NCBI GenBank assembly: GCA_963726455.1
Contig: CAVSCK010000004.1
Location: 231,844-295,843 of the forward strand
Reading direction: 5' to 3'
Length of the DNA: 64,000 nucleotides
From: an uncultured bacterium
GTDB taxonomy: Bacteria > Zixibacteria > MSB-5A5 > CAIYYT01
Both the position numbers and the translations under genes were made by a program. The notes beneath the pieces were generated by a model that was given only the letters and a program-made list of their open reading frames with translations, searched no databases and was not told where the DNA came from. Positions 17,920 to 26,928 of the stretch are shown here, piece after piece. Within the stretch, counting starts at the first letter, position 1; each line of letters begins with the position of its first letter.

Positions 17920-19380
17920 ATGAAACGACTGTATTCAGCAATCTTACTTAGTCTCCTGGCGGGTACCGCCTGGTCATTGCGGCTTACCGATTTGTACAAG
18001 CCGGGCGATGAATACAATTATGCCATCGAAAGCGGCGGCAAAGTGATCGGCACGCAGCATGCCGTTTGTAAAGGGTGGAGCACCAACGGCACCGATTCAC
18101 TAATGATGTTTACTATGGAGACGAAGTCAGTTTACTCCAGAGGTGGCAAATCCTTCGACATGGACGTGGCCTGCGAAGTCGGGTACCTGCCGATCGGCCT
18201 GCCGAAGACCTACAAATACACACTTAAGCTGCTGAATGTCAGCGTCAGCCACTCCGGCGAATTTGGCGATTCGATTTACTCCGGTCACACAGAGCGAATG
18301 GGAGTGTCGCAACCGATGATGTTCAACACCAAGCATTGGGCCATGCTCTTCGACAACAATTTTGCGCTGCAGTGGGAGCTGGCTCTGCGCCCGGTTCTTG
18401 CAGAAATGCGTGACAGTGCCGCCATTGTGGCGGTGATTCCGCAGTTGAATCGTGCGACCATCCTCAGGGTGTATGGCATACCCGATGACAAAATTGTTTT
18501 CGACGGTAGCGAAATGTCGGTCAAAGCCGTCAGAGTGGATCCCGTGAACCAACAACTGTACTTCGACCGCGCAGCAAAACTGATGAAGGCATACGACCCG
18601 GTACAGAAAATAACGGTACGATTACTGCCCGGGGGAGAGAAAGCGGAAATCGCCACGGAATCGTGGGTGGACGTTTTCATGAGACGACTGCCGATTTTCG
18701 GGTTGCTGGCGTTGTTTACAATTGTCTGGTCGTTACCGATGGTCTACCGCAATTTCAAGCGAATCGACGTGGCGATTCTGTTCGTCGCGGGAGCGGCATT
18801 ATTCTGGCTGTCGCTCGAGATTCTCAAGCCGATTCAGACGACATATTTCGGAATGGTGCTCGACCCAAAAGGTAATTCCGGCAATGTCTACCTGTTGATG
18901 CTTGGCTCGGCGCTCCTGTTTGCGTTTGTGGAGGAATTGACCAAGTTCGGCAGCTTGATGGTGCGAATGCTGCTCGGTGTGAAACATAGTCCGAAACTGG
19001 GAATCGTTCTTGGCGCCGCCTGTGGGGCGGGGTTTGCTTTGATGCAGGCGGCATACCTGGCGCCATACTCGGCAACGGGTGGGGTACCTGCCGGCGATCT
19101 GGTGCAGAAGTTCTTCCTGATCGGCCTGAATATAGCGACCGGCGCGCTAATTGGTTTCGTAATGCTCAGCCGGCTAAAGGCAAGTTTCTATCTGATTCCG
19201 CTCTTGTTTAAGACGATCTTCGACTGGCTGGCAATTTTCGTGCAGAAAGGGGATATGCGACCCTCGACGTACACTTTTCTGTCATTTCTTCTTGCTGCCG
19301 TTGCGCTTACGATACTCTATTTCCTCTACCGTGTTTTTTCCGCCGACGAGACGCGGGGCCGTCGCACCGCAAATAGATAG
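17920..19380 (+). CDS. membrane protein: signal peptide + ~250-aa periplasmic domain + C-terminal polytopic (6 TM) domain
   Basis: Assignment rests on the hydrophobicity pattern. No CPBP (EExxxR/FxxxH) or other catalytic motifs were recognised. Confidence 0.5.
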   Translation: MKRLYSAILLSLLAGTAWSLRLTDLYKPGDEYNYAIESGGKVIGTQHAVCKGWSTNGTDSLMMFTMETKSVYSRGGKSFDMDVACEVGYLPIGLPKTYKYTLKLLNVSVSHSGEFGDSIYSGHTERMGVSQPMMFNTKHWAMLFDNNFALQWELALRPVLAEMRDSAAIVAVIPQLNRATILRVYGIPDDKIVFDGSEMSVKAVRVDPVNQQLYFDRAAKLMKAYDPVQKITVRLLPGGEKAEIATESWVDVFMRRLPIFGLLALFTIVWSLPMVYRNFKRIDVAILFVAGAALFWLSLEILKPIQTTYFGMVLDPKGNSGNVYLLMLGSALLFAFVEELTKFGSLMVRMLLGVKHSPKLGIVLGAACGAGFALMQAAYLAPYSATGGVPAGDLVQKFFLIGLNIATGALIGFVMLSRLKASFYLIPLLFKTIFDWLAIFVQKGDMRPSTYTFLSFLLAAVALTILYFLYRVFSADETRGRRTANR

Positions 19381-19482
19381 TAGTTTTTTGACTTGCCCTG
19401 AGGCCTGATTCTCATATATTGCTGCGACTGTGGCTGATGGTTGCCGCAGTGGAGATCATGTTGATTCAGGAGGATACTACTA

Positions 19483-19668
19483 ATGGCGATGAAGATCACC
19501 GATGAATGTACTGCCTGCGGACTCTGTTTACCGGAATGTCCCAATGAGGCGATCTCCGAAGGAGATATCTACGTCATCGATGCCGCTAAATGTGATGAGT
19601 GTGTCAACGTCGATGGTGGTTCACGCTGCGTGGCCATCTGTCCGGTTGAATGCATTATCAAAGCATAG
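19483..19668 (+). CDS. 2x[4Fe-4S] ferredoxin (YfhL-like)
   Basis: Two cysteine clusters are present (CTACGLCLPECP and CDECV...CVAICP). An AGGAGGA RBS is present. Confidence 0.8.
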   Translation: MAMKITDECTACGLCLPECPNEAISEGDIYVIDAAKCDECVNVDGGSRCVAICPVECIIKA

Positions 19669-19686
19669 ATTGATTTAACTGGTATC

Positions 19687-19719
19687 AGGGTGTCCTGTTA
19701 ACAGGACACCCTTTTTTTC
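19687..19719 (+). terminator. rho-independent terminator
   Basis: A perfect 13-bp palindrome (agggtgtcctgtt/aacaggacaccct) is followed by T7. Confidence 0.85.
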
Positions 19720-19722
19720 TGT

Positions 19723-19929
19723 ATGTTTACTGGTAAACAAATCACTGCAATCGTCCTCTTCGGATTGGTTCTGATCATTCTGATCCAGAACAGCTATGTG
19801 GTACCGATCAAATTCCTGATGCTTCATGTTTCGATGCCGCTCTCGATTCTGGTGTTTGTGGCGGTACTGATCGGAGTTCTTTTCGGGTACTGGCTGAACC
19901 GGCGGAAGTCGCATGGCAGCAAGAGGTGA
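19723..19929 (+). CDS. small 2-TM membrane protein, LapA/DUF1049-like
   Basis: The 68-aa product has two hydrophobic helices and a basic C-terminus, similar to the N-terminal domain of LapA (YciS). Confidence 0.4.
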   Translation: MFTGKQITAIVLFGLVLIILIQNSYVVPIKFLMLHVSMPLSILVFVAVLIGVLFGYWLNRRKSHGSKR

Positions 19930-20350
19930 GTTCCGTTTCCTCGAAGATATCGCGCCGGCAGATGCGGCCTTTGAGGCGACCGGCGAGACTCTCGAAGAAA
20001 TTTTCGAGGCCTCCGCACGGGCGCTCTTCTCAATAATCGTAGACATCGAGTGCGTTGAGACACAAGTCACGCAGGAAGTTTCTCTGGAGGCCGAATCGGC
20101 GGAAGCGCTTCTATATGCCTGGTTGTCCGAGCTCGTCTATCTCAAGGACGTTAAGAAACAGCTTTACTCTGACTTCCATGTCGCGATCGAGTTGGCCGAG
20201 ACTATGGAATTGAAAGCCACGGCAGCGGGGGATGCCATTGCGAATCTGTTGGACAGGACGTTGACGGATGTCAAAGCCATAACGTACCACAAATTGGCGA
20301 TTGAGGAGACCGACCAGGGGCTCAAAGCGACTGTCGTAGTGGATTTGTAA
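19913..20350 (+). CDS. archease (RtcB activator)
   Basis: The N-terminal FRFLEDIAPADAAFEATGETLEE matches the archease F-x-LEHTAD-like pattern. The C-terminal DVKAITYH motif is present. The gene lies directly upstream of rtcB. Confidence 0.7.
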   Translation: MAARGEFRFLEDIAPADAAFEATGETLEEIFEASARALFSIIVDIECVETQVTQEVSLEAESAEALLYAWLSELVYLKDVKKQLYSDFHVAIELAETMELKATAAGDAIANLLDRTLTDVKAITYHKLAIEETDQGLKATVVVDL

Positions 20351-20352
20351 TC

Positions 20353-21798
20353 ATGGAAAAGAAGAAGATTAAAGAGGGTGTCTGGGAGATTCCCGTCGGC
20401 GCCAAGCAGGGAATGCGGGTGCCGGCAAGGATCTACTCGTCTGATCGACTTATTGATTCAATCGATCAAGGCGTGTACGAACAGGTAACCAACGTCGCCT
20501 GTCTGCCGGGAATAGTAGGACAGGCGCTTTGTATGCCGGACGGACACTGGGGCTACGGCTTTCCGATTGGCGGCGTAGCAGCGTTTTCGCTGAGTGAAGG
20601 AATCATCTCGCCGGGAGGCATCGGTTTTGACATCAATTGCGGCGTGCGGCTGTTGCGCACGAATCTTACGCTTGAAGAAGTTCAGCCGAGGTTGTCGCAA
20701 CTATTGGACAAGCTCTTCAAATATGTTCCCGCGGGTGTCGGGACAACCGGTTCAGTGCCACTGAAAAAAAAGGAGTTTGAAGAAGTTCTGGCACGCGGGG
20801 TCAAGTGGTGTTACGAAAAGGGATTTGCCACTGAGTCCGATTGCGAGAACGTGGAACAAGGGGGCTGCCTGAGCCCTGCCGATCCACAGCAAGTCTCGGC
20901 CAAGGCGATGGAACGCGGAATCGACCAACTTGGCACGCTTGGCTCGGGAAACCATTATCTGGAAATCGAAGTGGTCAAACCGGAGAATGTTTTTGACAAG
21001 ACATTGGCAGTGCGGTTGGGAATCGACCGTCCGAATCAGATCGTCGTGCTCGTGCATTGCGGATCGCGGGGATTCGGGCATCAGGTAGCGACGGACTATC
21101 TTCAGGTATTCGCCAAAGCCGTACAAAAGTACGGCATCAAGATCAATGATCGCGAATTGGCATGTGCGCCGTTTAGTTCGCCGGAGGGGCAGGCGTATTT
21201 CAAAGCTATGTCCTGCGCTGCGAACAATGCGTTTGCCAACCGGCAGGTGATCGCACACAACATCCGTCGGGCATTCACCGAGGTCTTCGGCAAGACTGAA
21301 AGGGAGTTGGGAATGCAGACTGTGTATGATGTCGCGCACAATATTGCCAAGATCGAAAAGTACAATATCGAGGGCAGGGAGCAGGAATTAATCGTTCATC
21401 GCAAAGGGGCGACGCGTGCCCTGGGGCCGAACTCCCCAGACCTGCCGGACAAATATAAAGATATCGGCCAGCCGGTGCTGGTCGGCGGATCGATGCAAAC
21501 TGGGTCATATTTGTTGGTCGGAACTGATCTGGCTAAGCAGGAGACCTTCGGCTCGACATTGCACGGCTCGGGACGAACAATGTCACGCTCGCAGGCAAAG
21601 AAAATGGTGCGCGGAGATCAACTGCGCAAAGAGATGGAAGAACAGGGGATCGTCGTGAAGGCGGCGTCGCTGAGCGGCTTGGCGGAGGAAGTTGGTTTTG
21701 CCTACAAGAACATTGATGATGTGATCGATGCAGTTGAAAGCATCGGTATTTCGCACAAGGTGGCCAAGATGCTGCCGGTGGGAAATATCAAGGGATGA
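20353..21798 (+). CDS. rtcB: RNA-splicing ligase RtcB
   Basis: Conserved metal and GTP-binding histidines are present (CMPDGHWGYGFPIGG, GSGNHYLE, HGSGR). Confidence 0.9.
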   Translation: MEKKKIKEGVWEIPVGAKQGMRVPARIYSSDRLIDSIDQGVYEQVTNVACLPGIVGQALCMPDGHWGYGFPIGGVAAFSLSEGIISPGGIGFDINCGVRLLRTNLTLEEVQPRLSQLLDKLFKYVPAGVGTTGSVPLKKKEFEEVLARGVKWCYEKGFATESDCENVEQGGCLSPADPQQVSAKAMERGIDQLGTLGSGNHYLEIEVVKPENVFDKTLAVRLGIDRPNQIVVLVHCGSRGFGHQVATDYLQVFAKAVQKYGIKINDRELACAPFSSPEGQAYFKAMSCAANNAFANRQVIAHNIRRAFTEVFGKTERELGMQTVYDVAHNIAKIEKYNIEGREQELIVHRKGATRALGPNSPDLPDKYKDIGQPVLVGGSMQTGSYLLVGTDLAKQETFGSTLHGSGRTMSRSQAKKMVRGDQLRKEMEEQGIVVKAASLSGLAEEVGFAYKNIDDVIDAVESIGISHKVAKMLPVGNIKG

Positions 21799-22075
21799 TC
21801 TGCTGACTATCGTTTCATTCTGAAATGGCAAAAAAAAGAGGGCGGACACTCTGGTTGGGTAGAGGGGGCTAGGAAACTACCCAAGGACAACAGAGGACTA
21901 CCCTCAGCCGTATTTATCGGTATCAAAACCGCATTTGTCAAGGAAATTCTGTACTATACACGGCAAAAAGTGAACAATCTTCACTAAGTAGAGAATATTG
22001 ATAGTGCGGGTTATTATTAATTTCCACTGTCAGATACTGGCAGTATGACCCCGGTCATGCAGTGGTTCGCGTCCG

Positions 22076-22819
22076 CTAATTCTTTCGCTTGAAGTAATTT
22101 ACGACCGGAACTGTGATACGCTCGGGCGGTGTGCTGGAGAATTCCAGGGTGATTGAACTGAGTGCTTCATTCTCATTCAACACCGGCGCCAATTGCTCTA
22201 CCTCGAAGTTGAATGTGCCGTGCGCTTTCACGGTGGTTTGCAGCGACGATATTTTGAGCGTGCTCCTGGGATAGTCGACAACTTTCAATTCGATGTCATT
22301 ATTGAAACCGTTCGTGATCATCATTGTCTTCTGCATTTTGGAGCTCGACGAGGACATCATGAAACGAATCGCAGAGGGCTTGGCTTTCACCAGCGGATGC
22401 TCCTGATTAACGACGCCCATAAACTTAATCAGCATATCCGGCTTGGCAGGATCGTTGGACTTGATTGCGATGTCCTTGATCATCTTGCCGATCATGTTCT
22501 TGGTGTCGAACAGCACTGATAATTGAGCAGAGTCACCGGGCGGAATGGCTGTTTTCGACAACGGGGCAGTGGTGCAGCCGCAGCCGGGTTCAACCTTGAG
22601 GATTTTCAGAGTATCGCTGCCGACATTTCTAATCCAGAAGTCATGGTGGACGATCGCCTCAGGGATCATGTATCCAAAATACCAGTAATCCTGCGCTAGT
22701 TCGATCTTGGGGGCTGTACCCTGGGCCTGTCCGGCGAAACAGGTGCTGTTCATTATCGTTGACACGAGGAAAAAGAGGAACGCCAAAAGCGTAAGTACCC
22801 GCGCGGAGCGAGACAGCAT
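22076..22819 (-). CDS. DUF1573 domain protein (secreted)
   Basis: The GCGCT motif characteristic of DUF1573 (VEPGCGCTTAP) is present, with a signal peptide. The start is placed at the Met downstream of the cysteine synthase stop. Confidence 0.55.
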   Translation of the reverse strand: MLSRSARVLTLLAFLFFLVSTIMNSTCFAGQAQGTAPKIELAQDYWYFGYMIPEAIVHHDFWIRNVGSDTLKILKVEPGCGCTTAPLSKTAIPPGDSAQLSVLFDTKNMIGKMIKDIAIKSNDPAKPDMLIKFMGVVNQEHPLVKAKPSAIRFMMSSSSSKMQKTMMITNGFNNDIELKVVDYPRSTLKISSLQTTVKAHGTFNFEVEQLAPVLNENEALSSITLEFSSTPPERITVPVVNYFKRKN

Positions 22820-22832
22820 GGAATCTGAAAGT

Positions 22833-23828
22833 TTATACATGGATGACGGCATCTTGCTCAAGCTTGAAGTTATTCTGGCGCATCCAATCATCGGAATAGA
22901 ATTTCGTGATATACCGTATGCCGGCGTCAGGGGAGAGGATGACCACGACATCATTGGCTGTGAGCGAATCCCTCACTTGCAGCAGCGCGTGAAATATCGA
23001 ACCAGTGGAGCCGCCGACGGACAGTCCGAGCGAGCGGGTCAAGTTGCGCGCAGCCAGGAACGCGTCGTTGTCATGGACTTGAATGACCTCGTCAATGTAC
23101 TGGGGAAGGAAGGCGCGCACCATCATGTCGGTGCCGATGCCCTCAACCTTGTGCGGCTGAGACTCGCCGAGCGGCCGACCGGCGTGGATTGCCTGAAACA
23201 GCGACCCATGCGGTTCTACCCCGATGATTCTGGCCTTGGGATTCTTTTCTTTGAGAAACTTACCTACGCCCGAGATCGTTCCCCCGGTTCCAACCCCCGC
23301 AACGAAACAGGTGACCATACCCTCTGTTTGATTCCAGATTTCCTGGCCGGTGTCGTAGTAGTGGGCGTCAGGATTGAGGGGGTTGTCATACTGGTTCATC
23401 CAGTAATAGCCGTTCTCCCTGGAAATGCGTTTGGCTACCTGATAGCCGTTGTGCGGATCATCGAGACTGACGTTCGCCGGAGTTATGATTACCTGGGCGC
23501 CGTATGATTTGATCAGATCGATTTTCTCTTTCGAGGTCGTGTCGTACACGGCGAAGACTGACTGATAGCCCTTGGCAGCGGCCACCATCGCCACGCCGAT
23601 ACCGGTATTGCCGGAAGTATTGTCGCAGATCGTATCGCCGGGATGGATCCGGCCTCGTTTCTCCTCGGTGTTGATCACGTACTTTGCGAGTCGATCCTTG
23701 ATTGAGCCGCCGGGGTTGGTCCATTCAAGTTTGCACAAAACTGTGGCCGGACATCCGGTCAGTGACATGGGAATCTTGACCAGCGGCGTGTTGCCGATCA
23801 AGTCAAGTATCGATTCAGCAAATTTCAT
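22833..23828 (-). CDS. cysteine synthase / PLP-dependent fold-type II enzyme (CysK/CBS family)
   Basis: A PLP-lysine motif (GGSIKDR) and a GVGTGGTISG glycine loop are present. Confidence 0.8.
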   Translation of the reverse strand: MKFAESILDLIGNTPLVKIPMSLTGCPATVLCKLEWTNPGGSIKDRLAKYVINTEEKRGRIHPGDTICDNTSGNTGIGVAMVAAAKGYQSVFAVYDTTSKEKIDLIKSYGAQVIITPANVSLDDPHNGYQVAKRISRENGYYWMNQYDNPLNPDAHYYDTGQEIWNQTEGMVTCFVAGVGTGGTISGVGKFLKEKNPKARIIGVEPHGSLFQAIHAGRPLGESQPHKVEGIGTDMMVRAFLPQYIDEVIQVHDNDAFLAARNLTRSLGLSVGGSTGSIFHALLQVRDSLTANDVVVILSPDAGIRYITKFYSDDWMRQNNFKLEQDAVIHV

Positions 23829-23931
23829 TGATGGTATCCTTTGAGCGGACTTTCAATTACCGACTGAGTTCCTTGTGAGCTGGACGCGGCGCCCATTTCT
23901 CTTCTCATTTGCGTACATGCGATATGGAATC

Positions 23932-23959
23932 ATGGCATCTGCCCGTTGGCAGATGCCAT
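23932..23959. promoter_or_regulatory. perfect 12-bp inverted repeat ATGGCATCTGCC-cgtt-GGCAGATGCCAT
   Basis: The repeat lies about 105 bp upstream of the cysteine-synthase-family gene and about 50 bp downstream of the TPR gene stop. It has no flanking U-tract, so it is a candidate operator or an atypical terminator. Confidence 0.4.
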
Positions 23960-24008
23960 AATCAGCAATTTGCGGATTGCGAATGCTCTCGTCAATCTCA
24001 TCGCGAAA

Positions 24009-24878
24009 TTATTGCGCGGCGTTGATTGTCTCTTCGATCTTTGGAATGTATTCGGTTTTGACCTGGCTCACTTTTCCCTTAAACTCGGGTTTGTTTCCTG
24101 CGACCCTGACAAAGTCCTGGCATGCTTGCAGGGCCTCGTTCCACTGCTGTGCATTCATATAGGCGACCGCGAGATTGTAGTATGCGCCGGCTTTTCCGCG
24201 ATCGGCGGCAACGGCACCCTTGTAAGCGGAAATTGCGGCGGTGAATTTCTTCTGAGCGAGCAGCAGGTTGCCATAGTTAAAGAATCCGTCGGCAAACTTG
24301 GGATCGATTCGGACAGCTTCCTGATACTCTTTTTCGGCGTTAGGAATATCCGCCTTTTCCTTGTAGGCCTGCGCCAGGAAGAAGTGACTTCGGGAATCGG
24401 AGGAGTTGGCCGAATTGTATAACTTGTAGTACTCGATCGCTTTGTCCCAGTTCTTTTGCTCGAGATATGCCTGTCCCAGACCTTTCTGTGAGTCAGCATC
24501 ACCGGGCTTAAGCTCCAGCGATTTATTCAGCGATGCCGTCGCCAGTAAATACTTCTTGGCGGCCAGTTGAACCATGCCGAGGTTGTAATAGGCCTGCTGG
24601 AAATTGGGATCAATGGCGATCGCCTTCTGGAATGCTTCCTCAGCCGGAGCGCCCTTCTTCATTTCCCAGCGGACGGTTCCCAGTTCGTTCCACGCCTCTT
24701 TGTACTGTGGATACGCGGTAGTAGCCGCGAGGAAGTTCTTTTCGGCATCGGCGAAGTTCTTGGCCTGTTTGGCCTTGATGCCTGCGTTATAGGATTCCTT
24801 CGCGGCGTTGTCCTGCGCAACCAACGTGCTGCAGAAGGCGAGGGTGAGCAGGATGACGAGAAGCTTTCTAATCTTCAT
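24009..24878 (-). CDS. TPR-repeat lipoprotein/secreted protein
   Basis: The signal peptide is MKIRKLLVILLTLAFCSTLVAQ. Multiple 34-aa TPR-like repeats occur (AYYNLG..., W..A...Y). A GAAAGGAAACC RBS precedes the ATG at 24878. Confidence 0.75.
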   Translation of the reverse strand: MKIRKLLVILLTLAFCSTLVAQDNAAKESYNAGIKAKQAKNFADAEKNFLAATTAYPQYKEAWNELGTVRWEMKKGAPAEEAFQKAIAIDPNFQQAYYNLGMVQLAAKKYLLATASLNKSLELKPGDADSQKGLGQAYLEQKNWDKAIEYYKLYNSANSSDSRSHFFLAQAYKEKADIPNAEKEYQEAVRIDPKFADGFFNYGNLLLAQKKFTAAISAYKGAVAADRGKAGAYYNLAVAYMNAQQWNEALQACQDFVRVAGNKPEFKGKVSQVKTEYIPKIEETINAAQ

Positions 24879-24987
24879 AAGGTTTCCTTTCGCTGTCAAT
24901 TTGACCGGACTATTCAAAACAATCTTTATCACTTTTAAGTACCACGTTCCTGTTACACTTAATACCGTTGACGCCGCCGCTTGTTCC

Positions 24988-26277
24988 CTAGGCCAGAAAT
25001 TTGAATCTTTTCGTCCAGGCCTTGTAACCGATGTCGGAGCGGGAATGCTTGCCTTCGAACCGGATCTTTTCCGCCACTTCATACGCTCGCGCGACGGCCG
25101 ATTCCAGATGTTCGTCAACTCCTATAACACCAATTACACGTCCGCCGTTCGTAAGAAATTTGCGCGACTCGAACCTCGTCCCCGAGTGGAAGACCAGAGC
25201 ATCGGAGTCCTTGATGTCCTTAAGTCCATGAATTTCTTTGCCCTTTTCATACTCACCGGGATATCCTTCCGAGGCCAGTATTACGCAGGCGGCGTAGGCA
25301 TCCTCCCATTCGAGGATTTCGTCCGCAAGTGTGCCGTCAACTACAGCGCGAAAGATGACAGCCAGATCGGTCTTAAGCAGGGGAAGGATTGCCTGGGTTT
25401 CGGGGTCGCCGAAGCGGCAATTGAACTCAATGACTTTAGGGCCCTTTTCCGTGATCATGAGTCCGGCATAGAGGAGCCCCTTGAAGGGACGTTTTTCTTC
25501 GGCCAGACCGGCAACTGCAGGTTCAAGCACAAGATCGAGAATGTCCTTCTGCATCTTTTCGGAAACAAAAGGCACCGGAGCGTAGGCGCCCATGCCTCCG
25601 GTATTGGGACCGGTGTCGCCATCGCCAACGCGTTTGTGATCCTGTGAGGGGATCAGGGGAAGCACGCTCTTGCCGTCAGTAAAGGCGAACACCGATGCTT
25701 CCTCGCCCGTCAGGAAATCCTCTATGACGATTCGTAAGCCGGCGGCGCCAAATTGGCGTTTCTGCATCATATCGCGAATAGTGCGTTCGGCCTCCTCGAA
25801 ATTCTGCACTACCGAAACACCCTTCCCGGCAGCGAGGCCGTCGGCCTTGATGACCATGGGATAGGCGGAACCCTTGACAAATCGCACGGCTTCCTTCATG
25901 TCCTCGAAAACCATGTAGCTTGCCGTGGGTATATGATATTTCCTCATGAACTGCTTGGCGAAGGCCTTGGACGCCTCGATTTCGGCCGCGAGTTTGGACG
26001 GGCCAAAAATCTTAAGCTTCTCGGTTTCGAAGCGGTCAACAATACCGAGCGCCAATGGAACTTCCGGCCCGACTACCGTCAAGTCAATGGCCTTTTCTTT
26101 GGCGAACCGGACCAGATTCTCAATGTCGTCAACCTTGATATTGACCAATTCGGCGTGGCGGAAAATGCCGGCGTTGCCCGGCGCGGCATAAAGTTTCTCT
26201 ACCAGAGGGCTCTTGGCAAGTTTCCAGCAGATGGCGTGCTCGCGACCACCCGAACCAACAACGAGAATTTTCATCAA
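24988..26277 (-). CDS. purD: phosphoribosylamine--glycine ligase
   Basis: The ATP-grasp enzyme shows strong PurD conservation (MKILVVGSGGREHA). Confidence 0.9.
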   Translation of the reverse strand: MMKILVVGSGGREHAICWKLAKSPLVEKLYAAPGNAGIFRHAELVNIKVDDIENLVRFAKEKAIDLTVVGPEVPLALGIVDRFETEKLKIFGPSKLAAEIEASKAFAKQFMRKYHIPTASYMVFEDMKEAVRFVKGSAYPMVIKADGLAAGKGVSVVQNFEEAERTIRDMMQKRQFGAAGLRIVIEDFLTGEEASVFAFTDGKSVLPLIPSQDHKRVGDGDTGPNTGGMGAYAPVPFVSEKMQKDILDLVLEPAVAGLAEEKRPFKGLLYAGLMITEKGPKVIEFNCRFGDPETQAILPLLKTDLAVIFRAVVDGTLADEILEWEDAYAACVILASEGYPGEYEKGKEIHGLKDIKDSDALVFHSGTRFESRKFLTNGGRVIGVIGVDEHLESAVARAYEVAEKIRFEGKHSRSDIGYKAWTKRFKFLA

Positions 26278-26413
26278 CCGTCCCTAGTCAGAAAGAGTTA
26301 ACTCAATAAAGTCTACTATTTTAGTCAAAGAGGGGCGCCAACGCAAATTGTTTTTGACCAGGACATTGTGGTGGTGGACTGTGACAAAAGCAGGGGATAT
26401 GGACAAGTTTTTG

Positions 26414-26441
26414 TTGACATGTTTTCGCTGATCCGTATAAT
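26414..26441 (+). promoter_or_regulatory. sigma70 promoter TTGACA-16-TATAAT
   Basis: The consensus hexamers TTGACAtgttttcgctgatccgTATAAT lie about 100 nt upstream of the 26543 ORF. Confidence 0.55.
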
Positions 26442-26542
26442 GGATGCGAATGCTTTAGGCGGAAAACCGAATCGGCGTCCAGTAGGGCTACGGCGTAGCT
26501 GTAACTGGAAAGGTTTTCATTAACCCTTATTTATTGTAGTTT

Positions 26543-26896
26543 ATGTCACCAAGCAAAACCATTGTTTGCTGGTCATGCAAACAGTCGGTCGAGATTCCTG
26601 AAAAGGTTACCCGCACCGACACCTGTCCAAAATGCGATCAACCGTTGAAATGCTGTTACAACTGCCGTTTCTATGATCGCGATGCTTATCATCAATGCAC
26701 GGAACCGCAAGCGGAATGGGTACGGTACAAAGAAAAAGCAAATTTCTGTGAGTACTTCACCGCGCGCGTACCGGTCACGGCCGCGCCGCCGCAAGCGCAA
26801 GCAACCGCACCTGCTCCCAGGCAGGGTAACGGCAACGGCTCCAAACAACCGAAAGACAAACTCAAGTCGGCCTGGGATAGTCTTTTCAAGGAGTAA
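26543..26896 (+). CDS. Cys-rich zinc-ribbon protein with low-complexity Ala/Pro/Gln C-terminal tail
   Basis: Three CxxC pairs are present (CWSC, CPKC, CCYNC) plus further Cys/His residues. No known domain was recognised. Confidence 0.5.
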   Translation: MSPSKTIVCWSCKQSVEIPEKVTRTDTCPKCDQPLKCCYNCRFYDRDAYHQCTEPQAEWVRYKEKANFCEYFTARVPVTAAPPQAQATAPAPRQGNGNGSKQPKDKLKSAWDSLFKE

Positions 26897-26928
26897 GCAC
26901 CGCACGTGGGAAAACGACAGAACGAAGC

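Noticed and set aside
24567-25647. Plus-strand ORFs 24567-24938 and 24808-25647
   Set aside because: They are antisense to the TPR gene and purD, both of which have strong family signatures.
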